Assembly: GCA_043747615.1 (NCBI GenBank)
Contig: JAYTOU010000083.1
Coordinates: forward strand, 1-28,144
DNA: 28,144 bases
From: Myxococcales bacterium
GTDB taxonomy: Bacteria; Myxococcota_A; Polyangia; Polyangiales; Polyangiaceae
Direction: 5' to 3'
Part shown: piece by piece, positions 9,092 to 16,814 of the stretch
Layout: each line of letters begins with the position of its first letter
Position numbering within the stretch: position 1 is the first letter of the stretch
Position numbers and translations under genes: made by a program
The notes under the pieces: generated by a model
The model's input: only the letters and a program-made list of their open reading frames with translations
Databases searched by the model: none
Told to the model about the DNA's origin: nothing

Positions 9092-9103
9092 TCGTGGTCC
9101 GGA

Positions 9104-10468
9104 GTGACTCTAGCGACCACCAGCAACCCACCACTTTCCGGGGAATGGACGCTTCCCGAAACGGGAGACGTGCTTGGCGGCAAGTACGAGATTCAGCAGC
9201 TCCTCGGCGAGGGCGGTATGTGCGTCGTCATGGGCGCGAAGCATCTTCAGCTCGAGGAGCGCGTCGCGATCAAGCTTCTTCGCCCCGAGTTCGGTGAGAA
9301 CGAAGAGGGCATCGAGCGCTTCATGCGCGAGGGGCGAGCTGCCATCCGCATCCGGAACGACCACGTCGTTCGTATTCACGACGTCGATGTGCTCCCATCC
9401 GGCACGCCGTACCTGGTGATGGAGCACCTCGAAGGAAGCGACCTCGACGCGCTCATCCTCGCGCATGGGCCCTCGCCGATCGCGCTGGCCGTCGACTACA
9501 TCCTTCAGGCTGGCGAAGCGATCGCCGAAGCGCACTCCCTCGGTATCGTTCATCGAGATCTGAAACCCGCAAACCTTTTTCTCACGAAGCGCGCCGACGG
9601 CTCTCCGTGGATCAAGGTGCTCGATTTCGGGATCTCGAAGATGACACAACAGAACGCAGCTCCGCGCGAAGTGAGACTCACCGGCCGCATGGCGGTAATG
9701 GGCTCTCCTCATTACATGTCGCCCGAGCAACTGCGCTCCACCCGTGACGTCGATCACCGCACGGACATCTGGGCGCTCGGAACCATCCTCCACGAGCTGC
9801 TCAGCGGAAAGCCTGCCTTCGACGGCCCCAGTATCACCGCGGTTTGCGCGAGGATCATGGAGGCCGCACCCGACTCGCTGAGTGCGATGCGTCCCGAGGT
9901 GACTGCGGGGCTCGCCGCCGTCATCCTCCGCTGCCTGAAGAAAAAAGCGGACGAGCGTTTTGCCAGCATGGGCGAGCTTGCCGTCGCGCTCGCGCAGTTC
10001 GCGTCCCCGGCGGGCAAAACCTCCGCACAACACATCGTGGGAATTTTGTCGGAAGGGCAGCGACCGACCGGTGGCATTCTCATCCGCGACGAAGCGAAGC
10101 CTTGGGGCTCGACAGACGCTGTTTGGGAACGGATCCCGAAGCAGCGGCCAGCTTTTGGGTTCGGCCTGGGTGTCGCTGCGCTCCTCCTGGTCGGCGGCGT
10201 GGGCTCCGCCATGTACGTGCATTCTACATCCACCACCGTGCCCCCGCTTGCGTCGCGAGCAGAGGCGCTTCCGACTGCGACGAGTGCGAGGGACGACGAC
10301 GCCGGAGCGCTGGCCACCGGGGCGCCGAATGCCGCGGGGAAGGTCGCTCCTTCGGCAGCGCGGGCTCCGATGGTCAAGTCTCGGCCTCGACCGGCGCCTC
10401 CCGCCCCAGCCGCCCAGCCGTCGGCCCCACCACCCAACACCAATCTTCTCTTCGACGAGCGTAAGTAG
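9104..10468 (+). CDS. Membrane-anchored Hanks-type Ser/Thr protein kinase
   Basis: GEGGMCVV, VAIK, HRDLKPAN, DFG, GSPHYMSPE. TM segment FGLGVAALLLVGGVGSAMYV, Pro/Ala tail ending NLLFDERK. Start inferred at GTG 9104 (ORF open from 8990). Confidence 0.95.
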   Translation: MTLATTSNPPLSGEWTLPETGDVLGGKYEIQQLLGEGGMCVVMGAKHLQLEERVAIKLLRPEFGENEEGIERFMREGRAAIRIRNDHVVRIHDVDVLPSGTPYLVMEHLEGSDLDALILAHGPSPIALAVDYILQAGEAIAEAHSLGIVHRDLKPANLFLTKRADGSPWIKVLDFGISKMTQQNAAPREVRLTGRMAVMGSPHYMSPEQLRSTRDVDHRTDIWALGTILHELLSGKPAFDGPSITAVCARIMEAAPDSLSAMRPEVTAGLAAVILRCLKKKADERFASMGELAVALAQFASPAGKTSAQHIVGILSEGQRPTGGILIRDEAKPWGSTDAVWERIPKQRPAFGFGLGVAALLLVGGVGSAMYVHSTSTTVPPLASRAEALPTATSARDDDAGALATGAPNAAGKVAPSAARAPMVKSRPRPAPPAPAAQPSAPPPNTNLLFDERK

Positions 10469-10479
10469 TGAGGAAACAC

Positions 10480-11496
10480 ATGTTCTTCCGTGATCGATGC
10501 TTACCTTTTGCAACCTCGGTCGCGGTGCTTGTCGCTGCTTCCTCGGCGCACGCGGGCGACCCGGCAGCGGCGCAGGGGCTCTTCAACGACGCGAAGAACC
10601 TGATGGCCGACGGCCACTGGAAAGAGGCTTGCCCGAAGCTCGAAGAGAGTCAGCGCCTCGACCCCGGAATCGGAACGCTCTTCAACCTCGCCAACTGCCA
10701 CGAGCACATCGGGCGCACGGCGACCGCGTGGGCGGAGTTTCTGGAAGTCGCGTCGACCGCAAAAGCGCGGGCCCAAACGGCGCGGGAGAAAGCCGCCCGA
10801 GATCGCGCGAGTGCACTCGAGCCAAAGCTCGCGCGGATGACGATCTCGCTCAAGGCAGACACCGCCGGGCTCAGTATTTCACGCGACGGCGAAGTGGTGG
10901 GCCGGGGCCAGTGGGGCGCGGCGGTGCCGGTCGATCCGGGTGAGCACATGATCGTGGCCACCGCACCCGGCAAGCATCGCTGGGAGAATTCCGTACGGAT
11001 CGCGCCCGAGACGAAGAACGCAGACGTGGCCGTGCCGGCGCTCGCCGACGAACCAGCCGCGACGCCAGTGATCGCCATTGCGTCGCCGCCCGTCATCGCC
11101 TCTCCGCCGATCATTCCAGTCCGACAAGAGGCGCCGCCCGATACGGGTTCGGGAAAGCCGCAGCGTACGACGGGCATCGTCGCCGCCGGCCTCGGGGTCG
11201 TGTCTTTGGCGATCGGAGCAGGCTTTGGTTTGACGTCGAAGGCAAAACACGATCGCGCAAAAGAGTATTGCGACGGTAGCAACCACTGCGATGCCACCGG
11301 CGTATCGCTCCGCGACGACGCGATTCACGCCGGAACGATCTCGACCGTAGCCTTCGGCGTCGGCGCCGCTGCGCTCATCACGGGTACGGTGCTGCTCCTC
11401 ACCGTACCGCACGACAAGGCGCAGTCGGCGCAGATTCAAGCTTCGCCGCTCATCGGACAAAACAGCTCGGGCCTCAGCTTACGCGGGAGCTGGTGA
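10480..11496 (+). CDS. Secreted TPR + PEGA-like protein with C-terminal hydrophobic hairpin and terminal beta-strand
   Basis: Signal peptide ending AHA. TPR-like AQGLFNDAK...ACPKLEESQRLDPGIGTLFNLANCHE. PEGA-like VPVDPGEHMIVATAPG. Two hydrophobic segments around a Cys pair; ends GLSLRGSW. ATG 10480 follows GAGGA; GTG 10468 is an alternative start. Confidence 0.85.
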   Translation: MFFRDRCLPFATSVAVLVAASSAHAGDPAAAQGLFNDAKNLMADGHWKEACPKLEESQRLDPGIGTLFNLANCHEHIGRTATAWAEFLEVASTAKARAQTAREKAARDRASALEPKLARMTISLKADTAGLSISRDGEVVGRGQWGAAVPVDPGEHMIVATAPGKHRWENSVRIAPETKNADVAVPALADEPAATPVIAIASPPVIASPPIIPVRQEAPPDTGSGKPQRTTGIVAAGLGVVSLAIGAGFGLTSKAKHDRAKEYCDGSNHCDATGVSLRDDAIHAGTISTVAFGVGAAALITGTVLLLTVPHDKAQSAQIQASPLIGQNSSGLSLRGSW

Positions 11497-12617
11497 ACGC
11501 GATGACACGTCCGTGGATCAAGATTCTCTGCCTCTCTCTCACGACCCTGCCCATCGGCTTCGGATGCAATGCGGTGCTCGGTAACGAACACGGCGACCTC
11601 ATCGTGGACGAAGCTGGAACGATCACGCCCGACGCCTCCGCGGACGACGCGCGCGACACCGCGCCCGCAGCGGACATCGACGCCGCTCAGGATGCGGACG
11701 ACGCCAAGCCGAGCTCTGACTGCGCGTCGGGGAAAAAATTGTGTTTCGGTCAATGCGTCTCCAACACGGATCCGCTCTACGGGTGCGACTCCGCGGCGTG
11801 CACGCCCTGCGCTATGGCCCGAGCGAGAGCGACGTGTGCCGGCGGCGCGTGCGCGATCGCTGCGTGTGATCCCGGCTACTCCGACTGCAACAAGCTCGCG
11901 GCGGACGGCTGCGAAACTGATCTCGCCCAGGCCAGCCACTGCGGCACGTGCAACTCCGTGTGCGACGGGACGCCCACTCCGTACTGCTCGCCGAGCGGCG
12001 GTGGCGGATTCGCCTGCTCCACGAACTGCAGCGCGCTCGCACCAACCCTATGCGGAACGGAGTGCGCGGATCTCAACACCAGCCGGACCCACTGCGGCAA
12101 CTGCACCAACGAGTGTCCACTCGTCGCCAATGGCCAGGAGACGTGCGTCGCCCGCGCTTGCGAGCTCACCTGCGCTACGAATTTTCACGTTTGCGGGAAC
12201 GCATGTGCAAGCAACGCCGATCCGAGCACCTGCGGATCGTCGTGCTCCCCGTGCATTGCTCCGGCTAACGCCACTTCGACGTGCAACGCCGGTTCGTGCG
12301 GGTTCGTCTGCAAGCCTGGCTTTCACAATTGCAGTGGAGCGTGCGTGTCGAACAGCGCGGTCACCTCCTGCGGAACGAGCTCCTGCGGTACCTGCCCGTC
12401 GCAAAGCGCGACCTCGTCATGCAACGGGATTTCGTGCGGATTCACCTGCACCACGCACTACGCCGACTGTGACATGAACCCCGCCAACGCCTGCGAAGCG
12501 TCGCTGTGGACCGATCCCTTGAACTGCGGCACGTGCGGCCACTCTTGCATGGGGCAAGCCTGCAACATCGGCGTCTGCGACATCGTCGACGCTGGGATGG
12601 ACGCGGGGCCCGGCTGA
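11493..12617 (+). CDS. Cysteine-rich repeat lipoprotein (myxobacterial type)
   Basis: Signal ending IGFGC, Asp/Ala-rich linker, repeated DPxxCGxCxxxC and CxxGxCxxxCxPG / DCN..DGCE units. GTGA overlap with the upstream stop. Confidence 0.88.
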   Translation: MNAMTRPWIKILCLSLTTLPIGFGCNAVLGNEHGDLIVDEAGTITPDASADDARDTAPAADIDAAQDADDAKPSSDCASGKKLCFGQCVSNTDPLYGCDSAACTPCAMARARATCAGGACAIAACDPGYSDCNKLAADGCETDLAQASHCGTCNSVCDGTPTPYCSPSGGGGFACSTNCSALAPTLCGTECADLNTSRTHCGNCTNECPLVANGQETCVARACELTCATNFHVCGNACASNADPSTCGSSCSPCIAPANATSTCNAGSCGFVCKPGFHNCSGACVSNSAVTSCGTSSCGTCPSQSATSSCNGISCGFTCTTHYADCDMNPANACEASLWTDPLNCGTCGHSCMGQACNIGVCDIVDAGMDAGPG

Positions 12618-12626
12618 CGAGATCGC

Positions 12627-13361
12627 CTACGCTGCGCTGAAGGCGGCGCGAAGCACGGTGCCGACGCCTTGAAGGACGTCGGGCGGAATCGCGTGTCCGC
12701 CACGAAACGGAATGAAACGGACATCGAGCCCTGCGGTCGTCATACGGTCGCGAAGCTGCTCGGCGATGGCAAAGGGAAGAATCGGATCTTCCTTGCCGTG
12801 ACTTTGCAGAACACGGAGCCCCTTCCGGCGGGGCATGAGCGGCGTCCACTCGTCGTCCGCAAGCAGCGTCCCCGACATGACGACGAGCGCGGCGATGGGG
12901 AGCTCCGTGCGCAAGGTGACGTCGGTCGCGAGCATCGCGCCCTGGGAAAAGCCGCCGAGCGCGATGCGGTCGGGCGAGCAACCAAGCGCCGCGGGGATCC
13001 CCTCGACGAAACCGACGAGCGCCTCGCGAGCGACATCACTGCCCTGCGGCACGTCGCGCGTCAGATCGCGGAGCTCGCCCCGCATCATGCTCATCTGGAG
13101 CGCCGCCATGTCGATCGGCCACCACGCGCGACCCTCTCCGTACGCCGCACCCAGCGCGGTATCTGCCAGGCGGATCGGCGCTTCTGGAAATACGAAGCGT
13201 GTTCCCTGCGGCACGTCGATCACCCGCCAGAGAGGGACGAGATCGTCTCCCGGTGCACCGTAGCCGTGCAGGAGAACGACGACCGGCCCGGAGCCGGAGC
13301 CTTCGCGATCATCTCCACCGGTGATGCGCGCACGAAGTTTGCCAATAGAAATTTCTCGCAT
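12627..13361 (-). CDS. Phospholipase/carboxylesterase (alpha/beta hydrolase)
   Basis: LLHGYG, GFSQG nucleophile, HGKEDPIL, GGHAIP. Start set at ATG 13361 (MREISIGK), 10 nt after the receptor stop. Confidence 0.92.
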   Translation of the reverse strand: MREISIGKLRARITGGDDREGSGSGPVVVLLHGYGAPGDDLVPLWRVIDVPQGTRFVFPEAPIRLADTALGAAYGEGRAWWPIDMAALQMSMMRGELRDLTRDVPQGSDVAREALVGFVEGIPAALGCSPDRIALGGFSQGAMLATDVTLRTELPIAALVVMSGTLLADDEWTPLMPRRKGLRVLQSHGKEDPILPFAIAEQLRDRMTTAGLDVRFIPFRGGHAIPPDVLQGVGTVLRAAFSAA

Positions 13362-13371
13362 TTGAGGCCTT

Positions 13372-16269
13372 TTAAAAGCTGATTTCGGTGGAAGCGAGAA
13401 TGGTCCGACCATTCTGTACGATCGTCCTCTGCGTCGCGCGGTACTCGCGGCTAAGAGGAGCGGTGTAGCGGTAGTCGGCGACGTTGTAGAGCCCGACCGC
13501 ATAGTGCACCCCCAAGCGTTCCGCTTCGCCAGACAGCACCAGATCCCAGATCGCCGCGCCGTTGGTGCGACCTTGCGGGGGATCCGCCACGGAATCGTAG
13601 CGGTCGTATCGTGGGCCTTCGATCGACAAACGGCTCATCGCCATCAGGGTTCGTCCAAGGATGGGCACGGCGCCGCGGACGGATGCGAGGTGCGCGGGCG
13701 CGTTGGGCACCTCGCGGAGGAGACCTTGATCGCGGAGGTAACGCGAGCGCTGGTACGAGTACGTCGCGGCGACCATCCAACCTTGTCGCCATTCGCGGCG
13801 CACCTCGGCCTCCGCGCCGGTGGTGAGGACCGGTGACTTCGAGTTCGTGTAGTAGTTCGGATCGGTCGGAGTGTTTGCGCCCTCGATGACGACGAGCCCA
13901 GTCACGTAGTTGGCGTAGCCGGCGATCGTCGCCGTAAGGGTGGTCGAAAACCGGTGGGTGAGCTCCGCTTCGAAAGACGAGATTTGTTCTGGCTTGAGAT
14001 TGACCGCCGCCCGACTCGTAGGCGACGTGTAGAAAAGCTCGAGGACACTCGGTGCGCGAAATGCCTTTCCCGCAAGCAGTTTGATGTTCCCGCGCTCATA
14101 GGGCTTGACGATGACCGCCGCTCGCGGGTTCACCGACGTACCGAAGGTGGAGTAGTAGTCGACGCGCGATCCGAGCGAGAGCTTGAGCGGAGGCGCCGGA
14201 GTGAGATCGCCCACCAGGTACCCGGCGGCGACCCAGAAGTCGTCGTCGCGATCGAGGATGACACCGGTGTCGTCGGTGCTGCGCTGATGAGCGTGCAGGT
14301 GACGCTGGAGCTCACCGCCCGCCGTGATGCGCAGCGATTGCACCGGAGAAAGAATCGCGCGTTGCTCGAAGCCAGCCCAGCTCCCGCGGAACGTCTCGAG
14401 GACAGGCCCGCCGGCCGCGGCGAGGCTCGCCGTGTCTGCGTCGAAGCCGTAGTAGTTTACGTGCACGCGAGAAAGTAGCTGAAGCTGCTTGCTTAACTGA
14501 GGCTCGAAGCGCGCCTCGATGAGCCCGCGGGTGTCTGCGACGTGCGTCCGCGGATCGCCGAAGATCGTTCCCTCGAAGGAAAGGGGCACCGTTTTTTTTC
14601 GGGAGTGAAAGAGCCACTGCACCGTCAGCGCCTTGTACCAAACGCGTCCGGTGAGCGTCGCGGCGTTGAATGAGTCGAGGTCGCGCGCGTTACCTGCGAC
14701 TTCAGGGGGGCCATCGGCGACGTACCCCGGAAAGAAGTAGTCGCGCCCCGATCCGTGCGCACCCGAGGCCGACGCCCAGAAGCCGCCGTCGGTCCCCATG
14801 CGAACCTGCCCCGTCGCGCGCCCGCGGCCCACGCCATAGTCCGCGGTGGAAAGCGCAACTTCACCGTGCGTCGGTGCGCTGCGACTGCGGGTGACGAGGT
14901 TGATGACCCCGAAGAAGGCGCCCGTTCCGTAGAGCGCTGAGCCCGGGCCACGCACCACCTCGATGCGATCGACGTCGTCGATGTCCGTGCGTGCGTCGTA
15001 GCCGATGTACGACGAGCCGACGTAGTTGTCGTTCGTCGGCTGACCGTCGATGAGCACGAGCACGCGGTTGCCGTAGTCTCCGCTCCGCGCAAATCCGCGG
15101 AAACCGGCGGCGACATATTGATGGTCGTCGCTCAGGTAGACGCCGCGCACGCCTCGGATGGCTTCGGCGATCGTCGGGTATCCCATGGCTCGCAGCTCGG
15201 CGCGTGGAATGACGGTGACCGAGCTCGGCGCGTCCTCCACGGTCTCCGTGGTGCGCGATGCCGCGTTGACTTCGTCGACCTGCGCGAGCTGAACGTCGAT
15301 CCGGGTCTGCGCGTTCTTGGCCACGGCGATCATCTGCTCTTGGCTGCGAAAGCCCTCCTGCGAGATCCGAACCTTGTGGGTCCCAACCGGGACACTCAGC
15401 ACCGCTGGAGTAAACCCCGTCGCCTGACCATCGACCTCGATGAGAGCATCCCGCACGTCGGCGTTCACGACGAGATTCCCGGTTTGCGCGACGAGGCGAG
15501 GGCGCGCGGTGATCCCCGCTCCCTCCGGAACGTCGATCGGAGTTTCGAGCGTCTGAAAGCCTTCTTTCGTGATGTGAAGCACGTGATGACCGGGGCGCAG
15601 CAAGAGGTTGCAGGGCATCACGCAAACGATGGGCGCGTCCTCCCGATCCACGCGAACCGCCGCCCCTTCGGGCTGCCCTTCGAGCCGAACCGGGCTCACG
15701 ATTTCTTTCAGCTTGATGACGAGCGGAGTTCGCGCCCCGAGCCGCACGTTGATCGGACCGGACTGCGCGGGCTCGTATCCATCGAGCTCCAGAATGACCT
15801 TGTACGTCCCGCCCCCAAGCCCCAGCGACCGCGGTGTATTTCCCCGCGCGCCGAGATCCTTGCGATCGATGTAAACCGTTGCACCGGGAGGATCGCTCTC
15901 GATGCGAAGCACGGCCACACCGGAGCTGATTCGCTGGAGTGCCTCTTCGATTTCTTTTCGCTTGCGGGACGTGGGCTCCGTCTCCGCGTCGAGGGCCTGC
16001 GTGTAGTAGCGGTAAGCGTTTGGAAGCTCGTGAAGCTGCTCGTAGGTACGCGCGATGTTGTAGATGACGTTCCGGTTGTTCACGAGGCGGTTCGAAGCCA
16101 AGAAGTGCTCGAGGGCGCCGCGGAAATCTCCTTTGGTGTAGCGCTCCGCACCAAGCTGGAAATGGAGCTCTGACTCGTCGGCCAGGTCGTCTGCGTGCGC
16201 CTGATTGGGGATGACGGCGACGAAGAGAATGACCAAGACGACGAAAATGCTCCGGATGAATCGGGACAT
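13372..16269 (-). CDS. TonB-dependent receptor with N-terminal TPR and three PEGA domains
   Basis: Signal peptide (AHA), TPR helices, PEGA units (IESDPPGATVYID, QPEGAAVRVD, DALIEVDG...GFTP). Plug motifs APSSVTVI, VLVLIDG, RIEVVRGPGSALYG. Barrel motifs AFRAPS, LKPE; terminal Phe. Confidence 0.93.
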   Translation of the reverse strand: MSRFIRSIFVVLVILFVAVIPNQAHADDLADESELHFQLGAERYTKGDFRGALEHFLASNRLVNNRNVIYNIARTYEQLHELPNAYRYYTQALDAETEPTSRKRKEIEEALQRISSGVAVLRIESDPPGATVYIDRKDLGARGNTPRSLGLGGGTYKVILELDGYEPAQSGPINVRLGARTPLVIKLKEIVSPVRLEGQPEGAAVRVDREDAPIVCVMPCNLLLRPGHHVLHITKEGFQTLETPIDVPEGAGITARPRLVAQTGNLVVNADVRDALIEVDGQATGFTPAVLSVPVGTHKVRISQEGFRSQEQMIAVAKNAQTRIDVQLAQVDEVNAASRTTETVEDAPSSVTVIPRAELRAMGYPTIAEAIRGVRGVYLSDDHQYVAAGFRGFARSGDYGNRVLVLIDGQPTNDNYVGSSYIGYDARTDIDDVDRIEVVRGPGSALYGTGAFFGVINLVTRSRSAPTHGEVALSTADYGVGRGRATGQVRMGTDGGFWASASGAHGSGRDYFFPGYVADGPPEVAGNARDLDSFNAATLTGRVWYKALTVQWLFHSRKKTVPLSFEGTIFGDPRTHVADTRGLIEARFEPQLSKQLQLLSRVHVNYYGFDADTASLAAAGGPVLETFRGSWAGFEQRAILSPVQSLRITAGGELQRHLHAHQRSTDDTGVILDRDDDFWVAAGYLVGDLTPAPPLKLSLGSRVDYYSTFGTSVNPRAAVIVKPYERGNIKLLAGKAFRAPSVLELFYTSPTSRAAVNLKPEQISSFEAELTHRFSTTLTATIAGYANYVTGLVVIEGANTPTDPNYYTNSKSPVLTTGAEAEVRREWRQGWMVAATYSYQRSRYLRDQGLLREVPNAPAHLASVRGAVPILGRTLMAMSRLSIEGPRYDRYDSVADPPQGRTNGAAIWDLVLSGEAERLGVHYAVGLYNVADYRYTAPLSREYRATQRTIVQNGRTILASTEISF

Positions 16270-16330
16270 GGCGCCAGGTTAGAACTTTTTTCGAGCCAGT
16301 ACGTCCAAAGGCATGGAGGCACTGTTTTCC

Positions 16331-16801
16331 ATGCGAAATATCATCCGACGGTCCGCGGCAATCCTTGCTTTTACGGCGCTCGCCTTGTCCGCCCTACCCG
16401 CACTCGCATGTGGGTCCGAAGGTGAATCCTCGCAGATCATCTCGCGGCCCCCGCAGCAGTCCGCGGCCTCCGAGCTCTTCGCCGAGGCTTCGCGCCTCGA
16501 GATGCGCGCCAATGCCCTCGAGAATCGAGCGGCATCGACGGACCGCCAAGCGGATGAAGGCAGCGTGGAAGCGCGTGCTCTGCGCGTCGAGGCGGCCAAC
16601 ATCGAAACCGGGGAACGCTCACGTCTTCTCGCCATCGCCGACACCCTTTCGACCCAAGCCGTGACCGGCCATTCCCAGGCACGCCAGCTCCGCGACCAGG
16701 CCGTCCAGCTCCGCGAGGTTGCACGCTCGGATCGCGATCGGGCCAATCGGCTCGTCGGCGGCGGTCGCTGGCGCGGGGCCCCGGTAGCAACGACGTTCTG
16801 A
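16331..16801 (+). CDS. Secreted Ala/Arg/Glu-rich coiled-coil hypothetical protein
   Basis: Signal MRNIIRRSAAILAFTALALSALPALA; heptad-like A..LE.RA..LE.RA pattern; GGAGG upstream. ATG 16313 is an alternative start. Confidence 0.75.
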   Translation: MRNIIRRSAAILAFTALALSALPALACGSEGESSQIISRPPQQSAASELFAEASRLEMRANALENRAASTDRQADEGSVEARALRVEAANIETGERSRLLAIADTLSTQAVTGHSQARQLRDQAVQLREVARSDRDRANRLVGGGRWRGAPVATTF

Positions 16802-16814
16802 TAGCCTCGGATGG

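Noticed and set aside
11700..12600. Repetitive TGC-rich DNA as a CRISPR or tandem repeat array
   Set aside because: No identical nucleotide repeats; periodicity reflects Cys codons in a protein repeat.
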